This document shows, piece after piece, positions 14,610 through 26,556 of a stretch of 64,000 nucleotides of DNA. Position numbers and translations under genes: made by a program. The notes under the pieces are model-generated. The model did not search any database and had not been told where the DNA came from. It saw only the letters and a list, made by a program, of their open reading frames with translations. Source of the stretch: Eledone cirrhosa (Eukaryota); NCBI GenBank assembly GCA_964016885.1, contig OZ024763.1, positions 1,550,001 through 1,614,000 of the forward strand. Direction: 5' to 3'. Numbering within the stretch: position 1 is the stretch's first letter; each line of letters starts with the position of its first letter.

Positions 14610-15283
14610 TAATGTATATAAAGTATATAAAATATATAATGTATATAAAGTATATAAAATATATAATGTATATAAAGTATATAAAATATATAATGTATAT
14701 AAAGTACATAAAATATATAATGTATATAAAGTACATAAAATATATAATGTATATAAAGTACATAAAATATATAATGTATATAAAGTATATAAAATATATA
14801 ATGTATATAAAGTACATAAAATATATAATGTATATAAAGTACATAAAATATATAATGTATATAAAGTATATAAAATATATAATGTATATAAAGTACATAA
14901 AATATATAATGTATATAAAGTATATAAAATATATAATGTATATAAAGTACATAAAATATATAATGTATATAAAGTATATAAAATATATAATGTATATAAA
15001 GTACATAAAATATATAATGTATATAAAGTATATAAAATATATAATGTATATAAAGTACATAAAATATATAATGTATATAAAGTACATAAAATATATAATG
15101 TATATAAAGTACATAAAATATATAATGTATATAAAGTATATAAAATATATAATGTATATAAAGTACATAAAATATATAATGTATATAAAGTACATAAAAT
15201 ATATAATGTATATAAAGTACATAAAATATATAATGTATATAAAGTATATAAAATATATAATGTATATAAAGTATATAAAATAT
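14610..15283. repeat. 27-bp AT-rich minisatellite, about 25 copies
   Basis: Unit aatgtatataaagta(t/c)ataaaatatat; translates as the MYIKYIKYI repeat. Confidence 0.95.
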
Positions 15284-15429
15284 AACCGGTTTCGATGTAT
15301 CAGTGAAATCCATCTTATCAAATGTTGAGTATTACAATTAAAAAGAATGAAAAATTAAAGATTTAAAATTAAGTGTTGAGGGGGGTTTGTTCATCTTTCT
15401 TGTTGAGAAGAAGACTGGATCTATTATAC

Positions 15430-15773
15430 CATCATCATCATCATCATCATTTTACGTCCGCTTTTCCCTGCTTGCAAGGGTGGGACGGGAACTGATTCTG
15501 GCTTGATTTCTACAGCTGGATGCCCTTCCTAACACCAACCTCATTTACAGTGAGTGCTGGCTGCTTTTTTGCCATGGCACCTCCACGACCACTTTGCAGT
15601 GGAATGATAGGGACCCCAGTCCCTATCATCTCATTTCTACAGCTGAGTAAACTGGAGTAATGTGAAATAAAGTGTCTTGCTCAAGGAAACAACACATCAC
15701 CCGGTCTGAGAATTGAACTCACAACCTTTCGATTGCAAGGCCAATGCTCTAACCACTAAGCCATGTGCCTCCA
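15430..15773 (-). mobile_element. tRNA-headed CORE-like SINE with an RTE-derived tail (copy 1)
   Basis: Minus strand: A-box-like tggcttagtgg, B-box-like gagttcaattctc, then ccttgagcaagacactttatttcac, RTE 3' UTR sequence and a (GAT)n tail; near-identical copy at 18503-18836. Confidence 0.75.
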
Positions 15774-15784
15774 TATATATATAT

Positions 15785-16300
15785 AATAAAATAACAGGAG
15801 GCTGGATTGGTGTAAATCCTTGAAAGGTTTATTATACTATGATCATTTCAATGACCGGGTTCCAGCCTCCTGTTATTTTTTATAATAATTAACTCCGTAC
15901 TCACACCACCAACTACACAAACAAAGACGGGTGAGCTGCATTACGTTGAGTACTCTCCATAATATTACATCGAGATTGACCATACGGAATGACCAATTCT
16001 ATTAAGTGGTGAACCAACAAACCTAAATAAATATATATATAATAATAAGTTGACGGAACTAGCATGGGTTTCACTGCTAGTACCAGTTGCATCACAGCGT
16101 ACTCAATAGGTAATGTAAAATTCCAGAGTAGACACAGTTATTTGCTTCAATACAACACACGTAATGGGTGCCTTAAATCTGTACCTGCACTAGAGTTTTA
16201 GCCACACTTAATGCAACAGTAGAGTGCACAGTATCCACTGACTGCAATTATTATGCAACAATGCACAATAGGTGCATGTGGCTTCATCAGCGGGTTTCGT
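15785..16300 (-). mobile_element. Probable Penelope-like terminal repeat remnant with a degenerate hammerhead motif
   Basis: Inverted repeat aaaataacaggaggctgga / tccagcctcctgttatttt (15788-15879) next to (TA)n; minus-strand CTGATGA-AGCCACA...TGTGGCT-aAAA-CTCTAGT at 16183-16295. Confidence 0.5.
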
Positions 16301-16304
16301 TTAA

Positions 16305-16525
16305 CCCTTTAGCATTTAAACCTGCCGTATCCAGCCAGAATTCTCTGACCTCATTCTGTTTAAACCGGCTGTAACCAGAGGATCATACTTTTGTGATGGT
16401 ATTGTACTCAAAGTAAATGATATAAAAATCCCATAGATTTGATATTATGTGAGATAATTATATGGGGTAAAGATTTTACCGTGAAAATACAAAAGTATAT
16501 ATAGAGTAATGTAAATGCTAAAGGG
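16305..16525. mobile_element. piggyBac-like MITE
   Basis: TTAA then ccctttagcattt ... aaatgctaaaggg then ATAA. Confidence 0.8.
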
Positions 16526-17429
16526 ATAATCAATAACCAATCGATCGACAGAATTCGATTCCAGTCTGTGTCGGCTATGACAGTGAATGTGACCGCCAGC
16601 ACAGTAAAACATCAGCAAATGACATCCCTACACGTCATCACAAAGCCATCAACCAATTGGCTACTGGTCCAGAAATTTACATGACGGTAGCAGACGAAAT
16701 TCAAATAGTTCCACTCCCACCGTAAGCCCTCAGCCAATGTATCTCAAACACAAAATACTTCATTTTATCGACCTTGAAAGAAGGAAAGACAAATTTATAC
16801 TAACTCGGATTTAAACTGAGAACATAAAGAACTGTTATTAAATGTCAGAAAGCATTATGAGTCTGTCCTGCTCTCTAATCACTCTACCATTCCACCATCT
16901 TTAATTTTAATAATGCAAAATATAATAAAAAAAAACATAAACATTTGCCAATGAATTCAAAATTGATTCATTTTTTTTTTTTCTTTCATTTTCTTTCTTT
17001 TTTTTTGCTTTCAATGTTTTCTCCAATGAGAATTTATATATTAAAAAATGTTATTAAACAATTTTATTAAACAATTGAAAATAAGATAGACATTGAAATC
17101 TGAACTTTGTTAGTCACTAATTCATTCTATTAATAATAATAATAATAATAATCACATTGAATTCTTTTGACAATGGTTGTTTGTAAACATCTATTGCTGA
17201 GGTGATTGTTATTCTAATACATCGTGACTAACTTTTAACTTAATGGTAGCCTCCAGAATTACTTTATTCACATGAAGTTAAATATATATTGAGTTTTATA
17301 CTAGATTTAGTAAATAATGGATTTTTTTTTTTTTAAATTCAGAGCCAACAAGATTGCGTATTATTTGGTTGCTTGATCTGCTAAATTTAGCAGCCAACTT
17401 AACTATGAAAAGTCTTAATTTTGACTTAA

Positions 17430-18150
17430 ATCTCACATAATATCTCACATAACATTTACATTACTCTATATATACTATTGTATTTTCACAGTAAAGGCTT
17501 TACCTCACATAATATCTCACATAACATTTACATTACTCTATATATACTATTGTATTTTCACAGTAAAGGCTTTACCTCACATAATATCTCACATAACATT
17601 TACATTACTCTATATATACTATTGTATTTTCACAGTAAAGGCTTTACCTCACATAATATCTCACACAACATTTACATTACTCTATATATACTATTGTATT
17701 TTCACAGTAAAGGCTTTACCTCACATAATATCTCACATAACATTTACATTACTCTAAATATACTATTATATTTTCACAGTAAAGGCTTTACCTCACATAA
17801 TATCTCACATAACATTTACATTACTCTATATATACTATTGTATTTTCACAATAAAGGCTTTACCTCACATACTATCTCACATAACATTTACATTACTCTA
17901 TATATACTATTGTATTTTCACAGTAAAGGCTTTACCTCACATAATATCTCACATAACATTTACATTAATCTATATATACTGTTGTATTTTCACAGTAAAG
18001 GCTTTATCTCACATAATTATTTCACATAATATTGAATCTGAGATTTTGATATCATTTATTTTGAGAACAATACTTTAACATAAGTATGAGTGGCCAGCTG
18101 TGGCCAGTTTAAACAGAAAGAAGGATATGGCTGGTTTAAATGCTAAAGGG
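17430..18150. repeat. 72-bp tandem array (about 8 copies) inside a piggyBac-like MITE
   Basis: Unit cataatatctcacataacatttacattactctatatatactattgtattttcacagtaaaggctttacctca, followed by the MITE body ending aaatgctaaaggg-TTAA at 18150. Confidence 0.9.
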
Positions 18151-18194
18151 TTAACATCTCTAATCATATATTGTCCATAGGCTTCAGTGATAAC

Positions 18195-18392
18195 AGATAG
18201 AGTAAAGACCCCTTCTGTCACAATTGACCATGGGATTTGCAACTAGAAAGTTTCCCTCAGAGGCACAAGTCCGGGCAATGTTGTTTGTGAAAGACCAGCA
18301 GTCACCCATGTATACCAGTCTCCCCTCTCCATGCTACTGATGTTCTACAAGGGAAAGGTAATGGCAGATACAGCTTGGAACCAGTGACATGA
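18195..18392 (-). mobile_element. SINE 3' portion, whose end seeds the 102-bp array
   Basis: GC-richer block ending gatacagcttgg-accagtga. After the array it resumes as actcatttcta (19351), the same motif that adjoins the CORE-like SINE at 15630. Family identity is from recall. Confidence 0.5.
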
Positions 18393-18502
18393 CAATATAT
18401 ATATATACCTATATATATATTATATATACACAATATATACACTATATATGATGTCCAAGGGAAAGGTAATGGCTGATACAGCTTGGCACCAGTGACATCA
18501 CA

Positions 18503-18836
18503 ATCATCATCATTTCATTTTACGTCCGCTTTTCCCTGCTTGCAAGGGTGGGACGGGAACTGATGCTGGCTTGATTTCTACAGCTGGATGCCCTTCCTAA
18601 CACCAACCTCATTTACAGTGAGTGCTGGGTGCTTTTTTGTCGTGGCACCTCCACGACCACTTTACAGTGGAATGATAGGGACCCTAGTCCCTATCATCTC
18701 ATTTCTACAGCTGAGTAAACTGGAGCAATGTGAAATAAAGTGTCTTGCTCAAGGAAACAACACATCACCCCGTCTGAGAATTGAACTGACAACCTTTCGA
18801 TTGCAAGGCCAATGCTCTAACCACTAAGCCATGTGT
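18503..18836 (-). mobile_element. tRNA-headed CORE-like SINE with an RTE-derived tail (copy 2)
   Basis: Colinear with 15430-15773; interrupts the 102-bp array. Confidence 0.75.
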
Positions 18837-19347
18837 ATATATATACATATATATATTATATATACACAATATATACAGTATATATGATGTCCAAGGAAAA
18901 GGTAATGGCAGATACAGCTTGGCACCAGTGATGTCACAGTATATATACATATATATATTATATATACACAATATATACAGTATATATGATGTCCAAGGAA
19001 AAGGTAATGGCAGATACAGCTTGGCACCAGTGATGTCACAGTATATATACATATATATATTATATATACACAATATATACAGTATATATGATGTCCAAGG
19101 AAAAGGTAATGGCAGATACAGCTTGGCACCAGTGATGTCACAGTATATATACATATATATATTATATATACACAATATATACAGTATATATGATGTCCAA
19201 GGAAAAGGTAATGGCAGATACAGCTTGGCACCAGTGATGTCACAATATATATATATACATATATATATTATATATACACAATATATACAGTATATATGAT
19301 GTCCAAGGAAAAGGTAATGGCAGATACAGCTTGGCACCAGTGATGTT
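18836..19347. repeat. 102-bp tandem array, 5 copies (older copies at 18338-18502)
   Basis: Unit is a TA-rich tract plus gatgtccaaggaaaaggtaatggcagatacagcttggcaccagtgatg. Confidence 0.92.
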
Positions 19348-19730
19348 GTAACTCATTTCTATGAACAATAGTGAAGGCGTTTCCCCGGATACTAAAAGTA
19401 TACATATATATATATTTATATACAGTGGTTCAATCATACAACCCCTTACCTGCTACAGTAGTAAATCTGATCTAAGAAACAACTTTGATTGACAGGTGGC
19501 GAATGAAAGGAACCAAATATAGGACGGCCATAGCCATAAAAAATGTGTGTGAGTGTGTGTGTATATATATTGTTATACTTGGGGAGAATCAGTTTACACA
19601 ACCTTTCGATTGCAAGGCCAATGCTCTAACCACTAAGCCATGTGCCTCCAAAGTGTAGAATGAATAAATAAATAAATAAATAAATATATATATATATATA
19701 TATACACACACACGTGTGTATATAAATATA

Positions 19731-20385
19731 TCATTATCATCAACGTTTAACGTCTATCTTCCACACTAGCACGTTTAGATGGGAATTGTCCCACTTGAGG
19801 CAAGATTGGTCGGGTGACCGTGTCTCGCTCGTATAAGGCTGTCTGGGAGGTTTTCTATGGCTGGATGCCCTTCCTAACACCAACCACATTTACAGTGTGG
19901 AACTGGGAGGTTTTTTACCATGTTACCTACACGGCTACATTACAGCGTGGACTGTGTTTTTTTTTTGTCATGACACCTACATGACTTCATTTATTTTGGA
20001 CTGGATGTTGTGGTACCAACATAACTTTACAGAGAACGGGGGGAGTAGCGCTAGTGGGATGGGGGTGTATATTTGGTTAAGAGGTGCCTACTGACTGTAG
20101 GTTTTGCTTTGTAAATAGGCAAGGCGGGTCTTCTGTATTACTGCGTAGCGCCCAAGATCTAGGTCCAGTGACATTGTCTTAGAGAGGTGTAAGTGTATGA
20201 GGTCGGAATTTATCAAATCGTCCCAGGTTTTTCTGGGTCTACCTACTCTGTAACTTCCACCAATTTTGATCGCCCTGCACTTTTTTATACAGCTGTCGTC
20301 TTTCATGCGCATCACGTGACCATACCAACGTAGTCTTCTCTCGAGTAAACAGCATCTGATCCCTCTTATTCCTAATTTCTCACTT
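19731..20385 (-). mobile_element. Decayed 5'-truncated RTE LINE
   Basis: ORF 20088-20315 (MRMKDDSCIKKCRA...GRPRKTWDDLI) matches the C-terminus of the 51852 ORF; 3' UTR and tail present. Confidence 0.85.
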
Positions 20386-20429
20386 ATATGAACTGGAACT
20401 CACCGAAATAAATTCAGTGACCTTCATAT

Positions 20430-20512
20430 ACTGTATATATATATACACACACATTAAATATATAAATATATATATATGTATACACACCCACATACACACA
20501 AATATATATATA

Positions 20513-20547
<35 letters not shown>

Positions 20548-20637
20548 AATGTGTGTGGATGTTTGGATATATATATATACACACACACACACAAACACGC
20601 ATATATATATATATATATATGTATAAATATATATATA

Positions 20638-20677
<40 letters not shown>

Positions 20678-20943
20678 ATAATATATATATATATAGTAAT
20701 AATAATAATAAATTTTAATAAATATATGTATATATATATAAATGTGTGTGTATGTTTGGATATATATATATCCACACACACAAACACACACATATATATA
20801 TATATATATGTATAAATATATATATAGTGTGTGTGTGTGTATATATATATATATAAATGTGTGTGTATGTTTGGATATATATATATATATATACACACAC
20901 ACATAAACACGCATATATATATGTATAAATATATATATATATA

Positions 20944-20977
<34 letters not shown>

Positions 20978-21058
20978 ATGTGTGTGTATGTTTGGATATA
21001 TATATATCCACACACACAAACACGCATATATATATATATATGTATAAATATATATATA

Positions 21059-21098
<40 letters not shown>

Positions 21099-21114
21099 GT
21101 GTGTGTATGTTTGG

Positions 21115-21182
<68 letters not shown>
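20430..21182. repeat. Compound TA/TG/CA microsatellite with roughly 120-bp higher-order units
   Basis: gtttggatata recurs about five times. Confidence 0.85.
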
Positions 21183-21184
<2 letters not shown>

Positions 21185-21412
21185 AATGTGAATTTCTCCA
21201 GTCTATTATCACTTAGATTGTTGATCCCATCTGAGCAGTTTAAATGTCATTCCAGCTTGCTGTGCCATTGTTATGTAAAAGGAATGTAGACTGCAAGTAC
21301 ATTAAATGTTAAAGAAATTCTTATTTCGAAATGGAAAGAAAAGAGAAGAAATTTGTTGTGAAAGTCCTACAGTTATTTCAATGGAATCAGGTCTAAAGAC
21401 TACTCTGTAGCA

Positions 21413-23197
21413 TGGGTTGGCAGTATCGGTAGAGGGTCTGACACCATGTTAGGGCGGTAGATTAGCAGTATCGGTAGAGGGTCTGACACCATGTTAGGGC
21501 AGTGGATTGGCAGTATCGGTAGAGGGTCTGACACCATGTTAGGGCGGTAGATTAGCAGTATCGGTAGAGGGTCTGACGCCATGTTAGGGCGGTAGATTAG
21601 CAGTATCAGTAGAGGGTCTGACACCATGTTAGGGCGGTGGATTAGCAGTATCAGTAGAGGGTCTGACACCATGTTAGGGCGGTGGATTAGCAGTATCAGT
21701 AGAGGGTCTGACACCATGTTAGGGCGGTGGATTGGCAGTATCGGTAGAGGGTCTGACACCATGTTAGGGCGGTGGATTAGCAGTATCAGTAGAGGGTCTG
21801 ACACCATGTTAGGGCGGTGGATTAGCAGTATCAGTAGAGGGTCTGACACCATGTTAGGGCGGTGGATTGGCAGTATCAGTAGAGGGTCTGACACCATGTT
21901 AGGGCGGTGGATTAGCAGTATCAGTAGAGGGTCTGACACCATGTTAGGGCGGTGGATTGGCAGTATCGGTAGAGGGTCGGACGCCATGTTAGGGCGGTAG
22001 ATTAGCAGTATCGGTAGAGGGTCTGACACCATGTTAGGGCGGTAGATTAGCAGTATCGGTAGAGGGTCTGACGCCATGTTAGGGCGGTGGATTGGCAGTA
22101 TCGGTAGAGGGTCTGACACCATGTTAGGGCGGTGGATTGGCAGTATCGGTAGAGGGTCGGACGCCATGTTAGGGCGGTGGATTGGCAGTATCGGTAGAGG
22201 GTCGGACGCCATGTTAGGGCGGTGGATTGGCAGTATCGGTAGAGGGTCTGACACCATGTTAGGGCGGTGGATTGGCAGTATCGGTAGAGGGTCGGACGCC
22301 ATGTTAGGGCGGTGGATTGGCAGTATCGGTAGAGGGTCGGACGCCATGTTAGGGCGGTGGATTATCAGTAGAGGGTCTGACACCATGCTAGGGCGGTGGA
22401 TTGGCAGTATCGGTAGAGGGTCGGACACCATGCTAGGGCGGTGGATTGGCAGTATCGGTAGAGGGTCGGACGCCATGTTAGGGCGGTGGATTGGCAGTAT
22501 CGGTAGAGGGTCGGACGCCATGTTAGGGCGGTGGATTGGCAGTATCGGTAGAGGGTCGGACGCCATGTTAGGGTGGTGGATTGGCAGTATCGGTAGAGGG
22601 TCGGACGCCATGTTAGGGCGGTGGATTGGCAGTATCGGTAGAGGGTCGGACGCCATGTTAGGGCGGTGGATTGGCAGTATCGGTAGAGGGTCGGACGCCA
22701 TGTTAGGGTGGTGGATTGGCAGTATCGGTAGAGGGTTGGACGCCATGTTAGGGTGGTGGATTGGCAGTATCGGTAGAGGGTCGGACGCCATGTAACGGCG
22801 GTGGATTGGCAGTATCGGTAGAGGGTCGGACGCCATGTTAGGGCGGTGGATTGGCAGTATCGGTAGAGGGTCGGACGCCATGTAACGGCGGTGGATTGGC
22901 AGTATCGGTAGAGGGTCGGACGCCATGTTAGGGTGGTGGATTGGCAGTATCGGTAGAGGGTCGGACGCCATGTTAGGGCGGTGGATTGGCAGTATCGGTA
23001 GAGGGTCGGACGCCATGTAACGGCGGTGGATTGGCAGTATCGGTAGAGGGTCGGACGCCATGTTAGGGCGGTGGATTGGCAGTATCGGTAGAGGGTCGGA
23101 CGCCATGTTAGGGCGGTGGATTGGCAGTATCGGTAGAGGGTCGGACGCCATGTTAGGGCAGTAGATTGGCAGTATCGGTAGAGGGTCGGATGCCATG
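21413..23197 (+). repeat. 45-bp tandem array (about 40 copies) of the SINE family 1 5' head
   Basis: Unit gggcggtggattggcagtatcggtagagggtcggacgccatgtta matches the start of the SINE at 27731; the array runs directly into the rest of the SINE. Confidence 0.95.
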
Positions 23198-23342
23198 CTT
23201 TCCAGCATAGTTACGTCCCTTTATGGTCTGAGTTCAAATCCCGCCGAGGTTGACTTTGCCTTTCATCCTTACGGGGTCGATAAAATAAAGTACCAGTAAT
23301 GCACTGGGTAATTGCTGGCCTTGTGCCTAAAGTAGAAACAAT

Positions 23343-23343
<1 letters not shown>
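23153..23343 (+). mobile_element. SINE family 1, full length (tRNA-like head, gcctttcatcc...ggggtcgataaaa central domain)
   Basis: A-box-like tggcagtatcgg, B-box gagttcaaatcc, tail gtgcctaaagtagaaacaatta. The central domain resembles MetaSINE/Nin-type domains as I recall them. Confidence 0.85.
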
Positions 23344-23387
<44 letters not shown>

Positions 23388-23572
23388 ATGTGTGTATATA
23401 TGCGTGTATGTGTATGTATGTGTATATATGCGCGTATGTGTATATATGTGTATATGTATGTGTATATATGTGTATATGTATGTGTATATATGCGTGTATG
23501 TGTGTGTGTATATATATATATGTATATATGTGTCTGTGTATATAAATGTGTGTATGTATGTGTATATATGTG

Positions 23573-23605
<33 letters not shown>

Positions 23606-23980
23606 ATATGTGTCTATGTATATATATATATATATGTGTGTGTGTATGTATGTGTATGTGTATATATGTGTATGTATATGTGTATGCATATATATCTGTG
23701 TATGTATATATATATGTGTGTGTATGTATATATATCTCTGTGTATATAAATATATATACATATATACACAGATATATATACACACATATATATATATATA
23801 TATGTCTGTATGTGAGTGTGTATATGTAAGTATGTATGTGTATATGTATGAATATATGTATTTATGTGTGTATATGTATATATATATATACACACACATC
23901 ATGTTATATATATATATACACATCATGTTATATATATATATACTCACACATCATGTTATATATATATATACACATCATGT

Positions 23981-24015
<35 letters not shown>

Positions 24016-24016
24016 C

Positions 24017-24057
<41 letters not shown>

Positions 24058-24072
24058 CATGTTTTATATATA

Positions 24073-24122
<50 letters not shown>
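23343..24122. repeat. TA/TG microsatellite complex
   Basis: Seen directly. Confidence 0.9.
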
Positions 24123-24123
<1 letters not shown>

Positions 24124-24417
24124 TGATTTCTTTCTCATAAAACTAACTTTGTAGCAAGGGACTTAGTTGAGTGAGACAGTCACATATTACCACTTTTATT
24201 GGTCTTGGACACAGAATTAAATTGGGAACTATGAACAAACATAGATAAATAAATATAGAATGGAGTGTTTAGTGTGGTTCTTTATTGTTCGAGCCTGTCT
24301 CTTATCTACTCTTGTTTCAATGTCTTAAACTGTGTAAGGACGCTGGTGGATTGACAGAAGCGGTGGAGTGACAGAGAAAATGACAGTGATGTGTTTATTT
24401 TTTCTTCTTTAAAGTTG

Positions 24418-24910
24418 TCATCATCATCTGTTTTATGTCCATTCTTCATTGCCAGCATGGGTTGTCCTGTTGTGGGCAGTGCCAGGTCAGGTGACCATGT
24501 CTTGCTCATACAGAACTGATTTTGGCTTGATTTCTACAGCTGGATGCCCTTCCTAACACCAACCTCATTTACAGTGTGGACTGGGTGCTTTTTGTCGTGA
24601 CACCAATATGACCACTTTACAGTGTGGACTGGGTGCTTTTTGTCGTGACACCAACATGACCTCTTTACAGTGTGGACTGGGTGCTTTTTGTCGTGACACC
24701 AACATGACCTCTTTACAGTGTGGACTGGGTGCTTTTAGTCGTGACACCAACATGACTACTTCACAGTGTGGACTGGGTGCTTTTTGTCGTGACACCAACA
24801 TGACCACTTTACAGTGTGGACTGGGTGCTTTTTGTTGTGACACCAACATGACCTCTTTACAGTGTGGACTGGGTGCTCTTTGTCGTGACACCAACATGAC
24901 TACTTTACAA
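24418..24910 (-). mobile_element. RTE 3' end with seven tandem 48-bp units
   Basis: Tail homologous to 51555-51720; units at 24565-24910. Confidence 0.85.
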
Positions 24911-25068
24911 TGTCCAAATCCTGCCAAGGTCAACTTTGCCTTTCATTCTTCCAAGGTTGATAAAATAAGAACCAGTTAAACTCATGCTTTCACAGAATTA
25001 TCTTGGAAGATTTTATTTCAGTCCTTTCATGACTATATTTCTTATGAAATACACTTTACTTCCATTAA

Positions 25069-25276
25069 TTCTTTACCGTTTACATTACTCTATATTTACT
25101 ATTGTATGTTTATGGTAAAGGCTTTACCTCACATAATATTGAATCTATGAAATTTTGATATTATTTATTTCGATAATAATATTTCAACATCAGTATGAGC
25201 AGCAAGTTACAGCTGGTTTGAACAGAAAGAGGTGAGAGAATTCTGACTGGATACAGCCAGTTTAAATGCTAAAGGG
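25069..25276. mobile_element. piggyBac-like MITE (diverged, opposite orientation to 16305)
   Basis: Colinear with the other copies; ends aaatgctaaaggg. Confidence 0.7.
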
Positions 25277-25369
25277 TTACTTAATGAACATTTTTGAGTG
25301 ATTTATTAAAATTATTAATTATTTCAGTGTCAGTGTGTGTCTGTGTAACATACACACGAGGTCCGAACA

Positions 25370-25560
25370 CAAAGGAACCAAATTCCCACTATCGCTGTCT
25401 CCATCTTTCTCGCTCTCCCCATCTCTCAATATTACAAGCACTGGGCGCCCCTGCGGTCCCATTGGACTGGCTGCCCTGCAACAGCCCCAGCAGATTAATA
25501 AAGAAGGCATTTCTCCAGAAGATGATGAGGGAGATGTGATGGAAGAGTTATTTCAACCTG
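25370..25560 (-). pseudogene. Decayed Penelope-like reverse transcriptase fragment
   Basis: Frameshifted reading LIIFWRNAFFIN..LLQ..PMG/TAGAPSACNI resembles the PLE RT motif (N.F.FN...YLQ..GTAMG...APSYANI). Confidence 0.45.
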
Positions 25561-25726
25561 CAAGGCTCACACAAATTATAAGTTATATTATGAAAACTTT
25601 CGAAATTCATGATTATTTTTTTTTAAAGGATCTAAAAATGTCAGGCAGTGCCTTTCATTAGAAATATGGTAATGAAATGGTTAAGCTACATTCTGAAGAC
25701 CAGCTTAATAAATAATGAGAAAGTTA

Positions 25727-25894
25727 CCGTATTTCCCAACATCGAAGACGCTACTTTTTTCCTAAAATAAGTCTCAAAAATCTACCATGCGTCTTGGAGG
25801 CCAAAGGTTGTTTATTAATTTTTTACAAATTTTTGGTTGTTAACATTAGGGTGTGTCCTTGAGGTCAAAGTATCTTTGGTACTGGGAAATACGG
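25727..25894. mobile_element. Tc1/mariner-superfamily MITE
   Basis: TA + ccgtatttccc ... gggaaatacgg + TA. Confidence 0.8.
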
Positions 25895-26384
25895 TATATG
25901 ACTAAATCCTTCCGATTCCTTGATTATTTTCAAAATGATCTGAAAATTATTAGCAATGTTTTTCATCAGAAATATGGTTACGAAAGGGTTAAAGAAGCTA
26001 AATTGATGTTAAATTGGTTTCTCACTAAATTCTAAAGGTTCTTTCAGAGACAGTCTGATCTGTGATGTTTAATGAAGACAGTTATTCTCTTATCAGATTA
26101 TTTCGGTCAATACAAGAATATTATTGTTTTTATTCCAAGTCTCAGAGTATTGCTACATCTGATTTTGAGGTTTTCTTCTGCTGTAATTACAAATTACTGC
26201 TGCTGCTGCTTCTTTCATCTTCTGCATAAGGCTGGTGCCATTCCTTTCTACTGTCCAATAATGGTGATAAGTGGTGATGATGATGGTGGTGGTGGTGGTG
26301 ATAGTAATAATGATAATAATATAAAAAAATAATGACCAATTCTATCATAAAGCAGCCAAGACAAAAATTGTAGAGAATGAGGAA

Positions 26385-26520
26385 TGTACTGACCTTGGAA
26401 CATGTTTTAATCTCCAAGATATTATATCTAATGCCAAACTAAAAGAACAATTGTCAGTCTGAGGGACATCGAAATTGGTTTATGGAACCCATCAGAAAAT
26501 GTCCGCTGGTTTCAATATTA
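26385..26520 (-). pseudogene. Decayed Penelope-like RT fragment (catalytic motif A region)
   Basis: TSGHFL...then FDVPQTDNCSFSLALDIISWRLKHVP resembles the PLE KDT.HFL....LV.LDV.SLYTNVP region. Confidence 0.4.
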
Positions 26521-26556
26521 TATACAATATTGAAGATTAAATTATCCTTCTATTGT

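Noticed and set aside
19450-19471. 22-nt minus-strand microexon with a strong GCAG|GTAAGG donor
   Set aside because: Too short to distinguish from chance.
21400-23208. 602-aa repetitive ORF
   Set aside because: Antisense translation of a 45-bp SINE-head satellite.
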